From contig NW_003314338.1 in assembly GCF_000143415.4 (NCBI RefSeq), positions 444,202-508,201 on the forward strand: a DNA stretch of 64,000 nucleotides, in the 5' to 3' direction. The stretch's first letter is position 1; each line of letters opens with the position of its first letter. The notes beneath the pieces were generated by a model that had not been told where the DNA came from, ran no database searches, and saw nothing but the letters and a program-made list of their open reading frames with translations. The translations under genes were made by a program, and so were the position numbers. This document shows positions 46,293-58,804 of this stretch, one piece after another. The stretch is from Selaginella moellendorffii. Lineage: Eukaryota > Plantae > Lycopodiophyta.

Positions 46293-47235
46293 ATCAAAAT
46301 ATTGATAAAAGAACTTTAAAAAACAAGGCTTTGAGAGAATGAAAGCTGTAGAAGAAACCTTTCCATCCTTCTATATAGGTTTTGGAGTTCTTTATCTCTC
46401 TTTATGCTACTTATAAAAATCCACAGTGAAACATAAATTAAAATTTAAGGAGAGCAAAATATCAATAATGTATAAAATGAAAATAAATACTACAACATAT
46501 CTAACATGCGTAAGTGTGACAATTGTAATATTACTATCATTTGTTATGATGTTTAATGCATACATGTATATAGATCTAAGGAAGAGTTTTCAACATATAG
46601 TGATGATGTCAATAATAACATTTTGCTATGGCATGTAGATCCAAGATATCTGATCCAATTATCAACATATATGAAGTGTCATTAGTTTATCAAATCTTAC
46701 ATGCTAGGTGATGTCAGTAATGATAATTCTTAAATAACATATATTCAATTCTTAGTATGAGTCAAGTTTTATCCATAAGTGCGAACACTAATTAATGACA
46801 TTTAGAAAACATACCTATAGTTTAGGTTCTTACACAAGACAAAATAAATTTATGAATAAGGATTCATCCATTCATAAATTAATATAGTACAACATAATGT
46901 GCCTTATTTATACTCTTTAAATTTCCTATAAAAAATCCAAAATATATACAAAATATTGATGAGAAGGCACCTTTTCTATAAAATTAGTTTAATGAATAAA
47001 CTAAGATCTATGATATAGTGATGTGGTGATAATGAAACAAACAGCAAAGATTTAAATTATTGGAATGAGTGGCCAAGATGAGAGATTGGTTAGGGTTAGG
47101 GTAGCTACCAAGATTAGTTTTAGGGTATTGTTGGTGCCATGAGTTGAGCACAAGTTAAGTGCACGAGTGATTGAATGAGTGAGAGATTGAGAGCATGAGT
47201 GATTAAACATACAAGAGATTGAGAGACTGAGACAA

Positions 47236-49051
47236 GAGGGGATGGTCCAAAGTTGAGTTGAGCTCAATTTAACACAAGTCAACTCAAGTCAACACAGTCA
47301 ACTAGAAGTATTACAAAGGAAATCTAAATTGAACAAATGAAGGTTCTAGCAAACTTTAAAATATTTAAATATGTAAATATTTGAGTTAAAAGTTTCTATA
47401 AGATTGAATTGTTTAAAGAAGACAAAGTTCATGAGAACCTATCTTTTATAAAGCTATATTATTTTATTATGACTATTGTTACAGCTGTCATATTTTGATT
47501 TGACTACTTAATATTTTGAATATTTTTACAGCTGTATATTTCTTCATTCAAAAGATTTTTTAGGGTTCGTAAGAAGATGGGAAGCAAGGAAAATACAAGA
47601 TCTGTGAGTAAAAGTTGTAATGCAAAAAAATGTGAGAATGCTAATTTTATTTCACTACCATAATTTCCATATTACACTTCTAATCCTTATTACCCATCTA
47701 GGAATGTGGAGATCACTATCACGATTGATAAAAATGCTCATGTTACTTCTGAAACAACAGTCCAAAACAAGAAAAATAAAGAAATGAACAGTACAGTAGA
47801 AAACACCAAGAAATCTACTCCATAAAACTTTCTATGATATTTGTAATTAAAGTGCACACCTTAAACGAGGATAATACTGTAATAGTAAATTTAAACCATT
47901 TAAGAAAGTACTATAAAGATATAAACATAAATATTATCTATATTTTAGAGTATAAAACTATGGATAAGCATGTGGATGAAGCCCTTCCAAGGATTCATTA
48001 TGATAAACTACCTAAGTGCATAGATAACATGGCCAATTGAATGAAGGATAAAGGTCTAAAAAAATTCTACAAAACTACATCAAACTTTGTAAGACCATAG
48101 GAAGGTAAATTAATTTTTCAATTATGGGATCTTGTAAAATTAACTTTCAAAATGGATGGAAGGGATATTAAAATCACTTAGGATCTTATTTCCAAACTTT
48201 TCTATCTCTCTATAGAGCTAAATCAGTGGAATTGGATAGAAGAAGTAGTCTTTTCTGATAAGCTTAAACAAGGATCTACTTATCTAGAATAAAGGGAAAA
48301 TACATATCCCTTAGGAAAGATTTATCTTTATGTTATCTAAGTGTTTTCTTTGATGGGGAAGTTCCAAGAAAAGAAATCAAGGGATATATTAGATAAATAT
48401 TTCTTTTTTTGGAGCAAGCTTTCTCTCAAAATCTTGTTGGTATGGTCTATAGAAATTTTCTCCAGGCAATGTAAAACTTAGAAGAAAAGAAAAGAAAGAG
48501 TAAATACTTTAAGAGTAATGTCTATATTTTAATTTCCCCATTCTATAAACTTTATCAGCAAACCACAAGGATTAATGAGTAGAGATTACTAGGCTAATAA
48601 GGAAAAAAAAATTCCACAATACATTTGCATACAAAAGCAAACTAGATGTAAGCTCCTGAATTTGGACTTCCCAGGAAGTCACCCAGCCCAGTATTATTCA
48701 AACCCAAAGACACTTAACCTCAAATATCCCAAGACCCTTAACCAATTGGAGGAGCAGGTGCACTTTTGTTTATGGGCCCTTTCCCTTTATATTTGAACCC
48801 CATGGATCGTTTCTTGAATTGGTCCCTTTGGTTGCTTACACTAGAGCAGGATTTGGAGAATCCGACTACCTAAGGATAGATAGCATAGGTAGAAAAAGCA
48901 TTACTTACATGTACTTACATATTTAATATTTTAAGTTCATTAGAACCTTCATTTGTTCAATTTAAATTTCCTTTATAAAACTTTTGATTAACCGTATTGA
49001 CTTGTATTGACTTTTGTTAAGTTGAGCTCAACTCAACTTTGGACCACCCTC
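47236..49051. mobile_element. Non-autonomous DNA transposon-like element (~1.8 kb) with ~140-bp terminal inverted repeats
   Basis: Left GAGGGATGGTCCAAAGTTGAGTTGAGCTCAA...AATTGAACAAATGAAGGTTCTA; right TAGAACCTTCATTTGTTCAATT...TTGAGCTCAACTCAACTTTGGACCACCCTC. No clear TSD. Confidence 0.75.
48647..48840 (-). mobile_element. Intact 194-bp solo LTR carrying the 5S rRNA internal control region (Cassandra-like)
   Basis: Termini TGTAAGC...GCTTACA (7-bp inverted repeat), perfect 5-bp TSD CTAGA (48642-48646 and 48841-48845), 5S-like segment at ~48664-48720 on the minus strand. Confidence 0.9.
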
Positions 49052-51023
49052 AAGAAGACTAGACAAAACATGTAAAAGCATTTTGATCTACTAACATATA
49101 TAGATGGTAAGGATAAAGTTTTTAAATATCAAGCCACCAAAATTGTTATTAAACAAATTCCAATATCTTACAAGATGTTATGATATGCTTGGACAATATG
49201 CAATTACATTTTGCCATCAAATATATACAGCTGAGCATAAATTTGTCCCAAAATTAAAGAAATTAATAATCACTATGTTGGGTTGGAGAAACACAACAAA
49301 AAAAAATTAATTGTCAAGTTTTCTAAAAAAATGGATTAGTGGCCTAAACTGCTTCAATCTATGACTTAAGGGAGTGATCAAGTTTATATTAGCTCTACTC
49401 TTGCCTAAAACTTGAAAAGAGCAATTGGTCTTAATGAATAATAATATAGAAAGTCATGGAGAAGAAATGGAGCTAAGATGAAAAAAGTAGATGACTCATT
49501 TAGTTTAATTAAACTAAATATTCTTGTTTTCCAAAACCACAAATGTTGTATCCATTGTACAAGTTTGAGGATGAGCATGGAGACAAAAATGAAATGGTCT
49601 ACATCTCCATAATACATATAAAGGTGGTTTTTGATTCAACATTATCATTTAACATTGATAAAATGCCATTGACATATAGCTCTATTCTCCATTAGAATTG
49701 TGTTTTGCTTATGTGTTAGTTACTCCAAGACTGGGATTGTTAGACAAGGAACAAAAGTTTAATGATGACGCTCCAATTGTTATTCTTGCAATGCTAAGGA
49801 GAAAATATTCTTTAAGGGTTGTATTGTCCTATAAAATATCAGTGGTAACCATTAAAACTTTGATGCAAAGGCAAATATAGATTTTGGAGCCTTGGCACAA
49901 TTGCTAGAATTTATTAATGGTGGTGCACTCTTGATTAATATTGTTAAATATGTTGGTGATGTATTGAATAAAGAGATTGAAATCCTAAAGAACAAAATCA
50001 CTTTTTTCAAAAAAGGTGAAAAACCAAGAAATAGTAAAAAAAGATTTGATTAAGACTATATAATAAGTCAAAGTAGAGTAGTGGCTATACTATATATTGA
50101 TTCAAATATTGATTTAATTTGGTTGAGGAAAAATTTTGCTTACATACAAATTTTTAGCTTTGAATCTTGATACTCTACAAAAGTTATATCAAGCATTGAA
50201 ATAATTTAATACAACACTTCACTTGCAGCTCTACCAAATTATTCAACACCAATAATGGCTTTCTAGTTTGACGAAAAGGATATGAAAAAACCATTAATAT
50301 CAAAGTGGTGGGAGACAATGAAACTACTAATAAACTATTAAAATAGATAAAAAATAAATGATAAATTTTTGTTGAACACTATTTCCAAAACTTTACTTTT
50401 ATAAAGGCTTTGGAAATCACTAGTCCACCCATCTAATCCAAAATTTTAATTAAGTTATGGCTTTATGTTAATCCTAAATGCCTATCCAATGTGCATTGAA
50501 TTTAAATCCGATGAGTGAAGGTTTGGGATTTGATTTTTGCTATGGCTAATATAATAAATATGCTCTTCAATAAATATAGAGAGATGGCAAATATATAATA
50601 TGTAAAAACAAAATGTATTGAAAATAATTATAAGATCTAGAAAAAATAAAAATACTAATAAAAAAGAGTTAGCCACTGCAAGGAAACGCCTAACAATGGA
50701 TAGGCCAAATTCAATAGAGTTGAACTAAGATTATACCATTGGAATTTATTTTTTTCTATTTACTTGATGATGTTGTATCATTATCAAGTGTAATTTTTAG
50801 TCATGCTATAAGGCATAATTTTATTCGTGTTATTTTGCTCTTACTTTTTTAGTAATGATGTAGTTAATCTGTTTATGAGCTCAGATTGGGTAATAATTTT
50901 AAATAATGAACCTGCCCTTTATTTTTAGATATTTTAAATTACTGAAACAGCTGAATTACACTTAAAATACTGTGAAAACCATTAGAATTAAGGAGGAGAT
51001 TCCATTTTCTGTACAAAATGAAG

Positions 51024-52943
51024 TTACAACAAAAACTCTCTAAGATATTTAACTCGAGTTGGATGCTTCAACTTCATCATTCCCCGAATCTCATACTTTC
51101 GAACCATCTCCCTTGAAAGGTTGAGGTTACGTCCAATCTCAGTGAACGATCTCTCGCCCTTTCCATCCAGTCCATAGCGCTGGCGAATTATCAAGCTCTC
51201 CTTTGGTTTCAAAGAATCTAGCTGCAAGAAAGAATGTTAGAGAAGAACAGAGGTGTAAGAGAAACATACTACATCGTCCATTCCAAGGCGAAGTTGAGCT
51301 CCCGCGTTATAATACTGTGCCTCGTTCTCGTCTGGATCGCTGATGCTGTGGATCAGCTCCTCTCCTGTAACTTTGGAGCGCGCATTTAGCGATCTCCTGG
51401 GAGCACCCGTCCTCAGGACTTCAAAGTATCTCCTCGAGTCCATCTTAAGTTCCGTGATCACCTCCTCGTGCGTTGGTTCCCTGTCGAGCTCGAGAGACAG
51501 CTGAGCTCGCTTTCTCTGGATAGTCATCTTTTGCTGCCGGACAAAACAACGAGTCCCTCGTCACCTCACGGAGCTCTAGAGAAAGAAGAAAGCTAAAAGG
51601 CTTACCGCAGCAACGTTGTATGGTACTCTAACGATGTGTCCCAGCCTTGTTTGTGCTCGGAGAATGCTGTTTTTAACCCAGTATACTGCGTAAGTCGAGA
51701 AGCGATAGCCTTTCTTTGGATCAAACTTATCGACTGCGCTCATGAGGCCCGGGACACCCTCTTGGCATAAGTCGAGCAAAGATAAGCTGAGCTCCTCTTT
51801 GAAGTACTTACGAGCCTGATGAGCTACTAGCCGGAGGTTGTGCTGCAAAACAAGCAGTGCTGGCTGAGATCATGATATCCTGGCTTGGAAACTAGTAACA
51901 GGATATCGAGATTATGTGTGAACCTTGATCATCTTGTTCCTTGCGGCCTGACCCGACTGTAACAGCCGCCGAAGCGTCTGTACACTCATCTCTGCCACCT
52001 TGGCCCATTCTTCCTCGGAAGGCTCTCTCTTTAAATGCTCGAAAAACTTTAGTCTTACTTGCTGGAGCCTCTGCATAGAAAACAGGTTTTAGAAGAAAAA
52101 CATAGAGAAGTAGAGCATATGTACCTTTGCCGGGGCCATGAACCACGCAAGACGAACTTCTTCCGGGCCTGTCAAGCGAAGCCGCGGAAGTTTGTCCCAG
52201 TTGAGCACTAGCATGCTTCCACTGGCACCATACTCCTTGATAAGAACCTCGGCCTCCTGAGACCACGGATCGAATTCACAACCTGGCGGAGCTGAAACTT
52301 TCGCTGGAGTTTCAACCTCTTCACTGATCAAAGGAGCGCGATCCTTTGCCAGCTTCTCAACACGCTCCCTATGCAAGGCCATCCTGCTCTCCAGACCAAG
52401 CCGACGCTTCTTATGGTGCTTGACGGTCAAAGGCTGGCTGACCAAATCCATAGACAAAGCTCGCTGTTCTTCTTCCACGCCGTGAAACCTCTCTAGTGAC
52501 CGTAGTAGCACCGGCTTAAAAGCTGGTTGACGGTAGGCCGATTCGAGCAGAGCCGAGAGACTGTTCCTAAGCGAGAGTTCATCCAAAGTCATGGATGGCG
52601 ACAAAGCCTCGAGCTCCTCAGTGGCCACTGCCGGTATCTGTGTGTTCTTGCGACGTCCACCTTTCTTTGGAGAAGTTGACGCCTTTGCCTTTCGTTTATC
52701 CTTCGCTGCTAACTGTTTGTCCGAATCTACCAGTGCATCCTCCACGTATCTACACCTCCAGCAGTGCTGGAGATCCACCCTGTGGCCAAAAATCCCACTA
52801 GTTGCCGCTCTAAGTCCCTGGAGCTGCGAGCAAAAAAATGAGCTCTCCAAGACCCCCGGAATTGGTCCCCAGCATTGAGAGAACGATCCTCTGTGAAAGA
52901 TGTGTGTGGCAGCCGCTGCGTAAGCATAAGCTACCAGGACCAT
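51024..52943 (-). CDS. SIG5: Nuclear-encoded plastid RNA polymerase sigma factor, SIG5/SigE-like (5 exons: 52943-52125, 52070-51924, 51842-51606, 51533-51270, 51221-51024)
   Basis: Region 2 (ARNKMIKHNLRLV...[30 protein letters not shown]), region 3 (LDREPTHEE), region 4 ([24 protein letters not shown]...[11 protein letters not shown]...KLKHP), the last closely matching plant SIG5. Confidence 0.88.
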
Positions 52944-53395
52944 TTTTTAGTCTCACCACATCTGGAAGGAAAAAAGAAAGAAAGAAAGAAATCCGGTGAG
53001 TCAATCGCTCTACAATCCATTCCAAGCACACACAGATCGATCTTATCGATCGCTCTATCCGCTCTATCCGCAAAATCGCGAGCTCGCGATGAGCGACTCG
53101 CGACCTAGCCATGCTCAAGCGCTGCGATTGGAATTCCATACTCCAATCCTGCCTAGATCTACCTGAGAGAGGATTGGCTGTCGAGATTGCGTACCTGAGC
53201 GGCGCCCGGATTCCGTCGCTGCGCCAAGAATTTGGCTCCACGCCGCGCCGCGCATTCAAACCAGCGCCATAGCCACGGGGCGGTGCGCTTAGCTTTGAGC
53301 ATATTGGCGGCATTCCATGCGTTGGATTTCCCATCCAACGGCCCACATTTCGGGGAAAAACCCGCGGATTAGGGTTTAAACTCCAACCGATAAAC

Positions 53396-53433
53396 CGACG
53401 TGTCACTTTTTTATCCAAGAACGCCCACGTGGC
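53396..53433. promoter_or_regulatory. G-box (CCACGTGG) and ABRE-like ACGTGTC upstream of the sigma factor gene
   Basis: CACGTG at 53426-53431, ACGTGTC at 53398-53404, and a GATAA-like I-box on the minus strand between them. Confidence 0.45.
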
Positions 53434-54671
53434 AAACTATCTTGATATTTGAATCGAGGAGCCCTAAAAAAATGGGGGGCTTTTAGCGCAAGGCGGCGAT
53501 ATGGATCGAGGTTTGTGATTCTTTCTTATAGATCTCACGCTTGGAGGGAGCGCATTGCTTGTAGCATTCGATTTGTGTTGGCTGGGGTGAGTTTAGATGA
53601 TCGAGTGTTGTCTCTGTTCTTGGGGCGTCGATTTGGTATTTGATCTTTGTAAACCCTGGTACGCTGCTACTTGTGTTTCTCCCCTTTTCCTTCCATTGAT
53701 CATTTCGCTTGTTACTTGTGGCAATGGTTCTAAATCTTCCTTGGGCGCAAGAATTTCTCGTCCCAAGCATTGCTCCTTTGCCTTGTTTATTTTTCTTCCA
53801 CTCTTTCCATTGACAATTTTTGCTTGTTAACTTTCTTCGCTGCTCACTGGCATGTTTTACTTACTTGGTGCTCTCTCTTTTGCTTGGCCGTGTTTTTCTA
53901 AGAGTCGAGCTCATCAGCAAACAACGCTGGTCTGTTACTTTCGGCCATCGCTTTTTTCTTTTTCCCTTTTCTCACCCGTTTTTTCAACCCGGTGCCTCAA
54001 GCGTTACCTTGACCCGATGCATGCATGCTTGCTGGTGAGGAGTCAGGATTTCCTGGTAGATCTTTTTAAGCTTGCGGTCTCTTCTTTCTCTTTTTTCTTC
54101 TTCTCCGTCTTTCGTTGGGTAGTTTGGTGGCTGGTTTCTTTGAAACTTTGCAATAGAAAAGGTGTAATAGAATGGGAGAGGGAATGAACTTTGCATGATT
54201 TAAGAGAGCTTAAGATATGCTGAGCTCTGCATCTCCGCCAACCCCACCAGCTAGATTCAATTCGTAGTCTTGTTTGTTGAAGCTAGCTTCAAGCCTGTAG
54301 CGGAGTACGATGCAAGCCGATTCTTTGCATTGATCACGAAAGTGACCTGCTTAGTTTTTATTTTCAGCGTGTTTGTCTCCTGACAGAAAATACAAGCAGT
54401 GTCCAGGATCAAAAACTATTGTGCTCCGATGGATGATTGCATAGTTTTTTATTTCCGTCTTCTGGAGTTTCTTGCTTGACAACACCCTTACGTGATTTTC
54501 TTTTTTCGTCAGGTTCCGTAGGTTTGGAACTTGGATGTTTTGGAATCCGAGAGCTCGTACGCGATCAATCTAACGAGAGGTATGGTTAACAAAAACCTGA
54601 GTGACTTCAACTTTATTTCTTCCAGAGTTTTGAGCAGTTCCTCATGCAGTATCCACTTTCGTTTTAGAGTT

Positions 54672-55884
54672 TCAAGTAATCAAATCGTAACTCCATTGTT
54701 CGCCCCGTCCATAGTCGTCTGCACAGGCGTCCTGAGTCAGTGGTAGCAATCTCGGCATTGGATCAATAACCTCCTCCTGCTCACTCCATGTCGGCGAGTG
54801 TCCTGTGTCCAAAACATTGCCCAGTCGGGAAAAATGCTTATTTGAAAGAAAAAGAAAAAATTTCAAAAGCGAAACTCTCTCAACTTTTGTTTTTTTTGGT
54901 GCATTTCTCTTTCTCCTACCTAGAGCTAGAAAAAAAATCTGTGTCATGGTTGATGAGAGGTTTGCTGGGAGTTTTGACATGTACCTTTTGCAGTAATAAC
55001 GGGGTAATAGTTTTGATGCATCAGGATTGCGGGAGGATCACTTTGTTGCGTGCTACTCGGTGTGGTCACGGGTTGTCCGATCATCATGGGAAGCCGCCTC
55101 TCCCGTTGCTGCTGCTGCTCCGTCAACATGGAGCTGCTGCTATCGTCCTCGTCTCTGGAGCAACTCGCTGGTACAGCCGCAGCCGACTCGAGCAAGTCGA
55201 GGCAAAGCCTGAGCTTGTTATGATCGGCAGTCACTCCCGTGAGAGCTCCCACCGCCAGTGCCTCAGACGCCAGGTTCTGGAGTATGTTGAGCGCCGTAGC
55301 ACCGGTTGGAGTGGTGGAGTGTGGATCGGCGTGGTGGTCGAGAAGGACCGCTATCATCTCGGGGTCGGCCAGCTCTCCAGCAATGTGGAGCGGAGTTCTT
55401 CCGTCCGGACCTGGCATATTGACATTGGCTGCCCCCAGCTCTAGCAAATTCTTGACGACTTTGCGGCTGCAGTTTGCTACGGCATAGTGGATGGCCAGAG
55501 TTTTATCCAAGTCGAGGCCTTCTCCCATCACCATCAGCCTCACGAGCTCTACATCCGATGAGTCGAGTGCCTTCTGCATCCTCCTCGTCCGCTGGTCGTC
55601 CAAAGCATCGCTAGAATGCGCTTCGAAGCCGTATCCACACTTTTGCCTGATGGCTTCTACCTCGGCTACTACTTCTCCAGGCAAGTGCTTTCGTAAAACT
55701 TCCGAGGACAGACCTGACTTTGCTACTAGTTTGGAGCAGACTGACCAGAGATGGAGCAAGTCCTGCTTCCTCGCCGCTGCAAGTATCCGCATTACGTCTT
55801 CAATCGATGCTTTCTCAGCAATTCCGGCCAGCTCCCTCTACAGGTACACAGAAAAGTTCCTGTTAAGTTTCTCCTCTTTGGAGT

Positions 55885-55930
<46 letters not shown>

Positions 55931-56381
55931 TTTTTTTCCTTTCCTTCTTCAGTGATCGAGTGCAAACCTGGACTAAGATGGAGAGCTGCTCGATGCTGAA
56001 GACTTGAGCAGCATGCAATGCCTCGAGAGCAAAATCCACCGCTGATCTGCAGTAGACGTGCCAGCAAGCGCCTTCTTTGCAACCGGTTGGATGCGGAGGG
56101 ACCAGAGATAATTGGCCGCTGTATAGAAACTGGAGCATGAGCATGAAGACGTCGTATCCAACAATTCCCACAGGGATCGGTGGCCGTCCTGGTATGTCTT
56201 GTGAAGCTTCACTGCTGCAAAAGATCATCCTAAAGAATTGGCTTCTTGCTGCCAGGACGCACTTGTGAGCGTAGACGGGCCTGCCTTCGACTGTGAAAGT
56301 CACATCGCTGAATGCCTGCCCGTTGGCCAGAAGGTTGAGCAAATCACTGGAGAGCTGCTTCAGAGGCTCCTCCAGATTCAT
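54672..56381 (-). CDS. BOP: BLADE-ON-PETIOLE-like BTB/POZ-ankyrin protein (NPR1 family); exons 56381-55968, 55837-54985, probable 54802-54672
   Basis: LNLLANGQAFSDVTFTVEGRPVYAHKCVLAARS, KASIEDVMRIL.A.RKQD, RRMQKALDSSDVELVRLMVMGEGLDLD, G.TPLHIA, HNKLRLCLDLLESAA. Without the last splice the ORF stops at 54944. Confidence 0.93.
55887..55927. repeat. (CT)n/(GA)n microsatellite in BOP intron 1
   Basis: About 20 perfect CT units. Confidence 0.95.
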
Positions 56382-58339
56382 CCCTCCGGCCAAGTGAAGT
56401 AAGGACTTCTTCTTTCCTTTTACACTTTCAAGCCGCGATCATGGAAATGATGCAGATGGAGGAGCATGGGAGAAATAGGAGAAATGGAAGAAGCGCGGAG
56501 AATCTGGGAGCAAAGATGAGCAGAAAATCCTCCGGAGACTGCGAGGAGCCAGCTTCTCACCGTAACAGGAGAGGAGCTCTTGAAGAAGACGAGCAAGAGA
56601 CCGGTATCTCCATGCCGACAACATCCAAACCCAGGTATTCTTCTCCTCGCTACTTCTCCAGCTTGGTGCGTGTTAGACGCTTCTGGTTCTCCCACATAGA
56701 GATCAGTGCAATTTTTTCGAGCGCTCACCTCTCAGTGAACAGGGCCTGGAAGCCGATACACATTGTCTTTTTTCTTCTTCCTGTTGTGTTCTGCCGTTCT
56801 GCAAGCTATAGATGTAGTATATATATATTCATGGATTTATATTTTTCTTCTTTCCTTTTTTCTTTTTTCTTTCCATCAGAGTTGACCCGGAGGAGTTCCT
56901 GTGCTCTTCGATGGCGCTTAGCTACTAAACGCGATCCCTCGGGAGTTTTAAAGTGAGGTCGGGTCGCTTTGACTCTTTTACTTGTTCTTTCTTTTGTGGT
57001 ATTAACATGGCTGGCAGGCTGTAGCTAGCAAGCTAGAGACAAGGGAACCTACAGCAGAGAGTTGATGCAAGATAAGTTTCACTTTAAACAATTTTTGCTG
57101 TTTTTATTTTGTTTAGTTTGTTTTTCCTTTCGTTTTCAACTGGTTTGTGTTGCACCATGATTGGCAGGGGAAAAAAGAGCGTGTAGATCTGAGATGAGTT
57201 TGGTGAGAACCAAACCAAAACGGAACGAGCGCTCCTCGTTCTCGCTAATCTGCTCGGGTAAGTTGTAAGTGATCTTATGAGTGGTTACTCAGCAAGATTT
57301 TGGCTTTGGTCGCTCGGTCCCCTCCACTTCTAGCCTGCTACCTTTCTTCCAGAGGAAAAGTTAGAGCTTTCTTGGTTTCTATCCCTCCTAACTTTTCCTC
57401 TCTTTTGTTCTTTGCAACAGGAAGACAATCATAGGCTCGGCATTTCTAAATCCATCGCAAGGCGAGGAACGCTACGCTCCTTCTTGGATCCCTAGGAAAA
57501 AGCGCATCAAAGGTACGACTCGATCAAAACTCTCCTTTTCCGCGACAGACACTGTGAAGCAAAAAGAAGAACTTAGTAGTAGCAAGAACTAAGAGACGAA
57601 GAACAGGGTAGGTAGATAGGAATTGCCTCGTTGGTATATCTCTAGCTGTGGCTACATAGCACCATAGCGCTGGCAGCACTGGGACACAGGGAGAGGATTT
57701 CTGGAGAGTGTGACAGACAGTACAGACAGTGTACACACACTACTCAAGTCTGCTGCCGATAAGAAAGGATCGAGAAGTGTTGTCACAGCACAGTGGTCGT
57801 GGTGGTGGTGGTGGTGAAAGAGCAAAAGGTGGACGAGTAGCGGCACTAGCAATAGAATGGGCTGCAAGTTTTGCAGAGGAGGAGAGCGACCGTGCGTGCT
57901 CGCTCTGTAGACACAATAGAGACCGACAGCAGCAGGGACATATGGTGACACTTCCTCCTTTTTTTTTTACTGCATTTTACTGCTGAGCAAACAAGTAAAC
58001 GACAAGCAGGCAGGGCAGACAAGTAGAATCCTCGGGGTTTAGTAAACTAAGAGTCTATGGATCGAGAAGGAAAGCCCGGGAATCAAAGCAGGAATCAAAG
58101 CAAGAAAAACGAGCCGAGTTTTCCAGATCTTTCGCGAAGAAGCTCAAGTGATCTTAAAGGAAAAGCTCGAGCTTGGAAAAACCAGGAAGAAAGAAGAAGA
58201 GAAAGGCATGGGCTGGAAGATCCTTCTTTGGGAGGCTAAAACTTCGTGGGATAGGTGTAGCGGTTCCACGTGCGGCTTTCTGACCGCGCTATTTTCTAAT
58301 TAAATTCCACAGGTTGCTCACCTTCCATTATCAAATCCT

Positions 58340-58705
58340 GTTCGATCACAACAAAGAAATGTTACTTACGTAGGGTCTTCGCACTTTGATAGAAATCTCC
58401 TAGAACGAGTGTGGTTTCATTTGATCAATGTTACTTCGAAACTTATAAAGAAAACTACATTGGGTAATCGCAGTTGGTAGAAATCTCAGTGCTTTGATTG
58501 ATCACACCCAAGAAATGTTACATATGAAGAAAATTACATTGGGCCATCCATCACACTCGATGGAATCGAAACTTATGAGGAAAACTACATTGGGTCATCA
58601 GACTTTTGACAGAAATCTTCAGTAGTTTGATCACAAAAAAGTGAAGTTACTTCTAAACTTATGAAGAAAATTAGATTGGCTCTTCGCACTTGATAGAAAC
58701 CTCCT
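58340..58705. repeat. Degenerate tandem repeat (recurrent AAACTTATGAAGAAAA(C/T)TACATTGGG / TTGATAGAAATCTC / TTGATCACA..GTTACTT blocks)
   Basis: The same motifs recur 4-5 times in the same order. Confidence 0.65.
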
Positions 58706-58788
58706 TGTGTCTCAGTGGTAGTGACAACAGAAACTCAAAAGCTCACCGGAAATCTCACGCTCTTGCGAAAAGCATCGTCATCGACACA
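58706..58788 (-). ncRNA. Box C/D snoRNA, predicted guide for the 18S A in GGUAGUGACAA
   Basis: Terminal stem TGTGTC/GACACA, C box ATGACGA (58781-58775), D box CTGA (58715-58712), and an 11-nt guide TTGTCACTACC complementary to conserved 18S GGTAGTGACAA. Confidence 0.82.
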
Positions 58789-58804
58789 GAGGAATAGAAA
58801 CAAA

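Larger units (their letters stand above)
21480..50900. other. AT-rich, CpG-poor island of nested decayed transposable elements
   Basis: Abrupt compositional shift at both ends, almost no long ORFs, many internal direct and inverted duplications, two N gaps. Confidence 0.85.

Noticed and set aside
51024-52943. Bacterial origin or contamination for the sigma factor (and the RelA/SpoT gene)
   Set aside because: Both have spliceosomal introns and N-terminal extensions, and belong to known nuclear-encoded plastid families.
53449-54750. Short plus-strand ORFs and splice-like signals between SIG5 and BOP
   Set aside because: Pyrimidine-rich low-complexity sequence with no coherent protein; a lncRNA cannot be shown from sequence alone.
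57700-57920. miR156/529/535-like sequence (TGACAG...)
   Set aside because: The match does not extend beyond the first few bases and there is no convincing fold-back partner.
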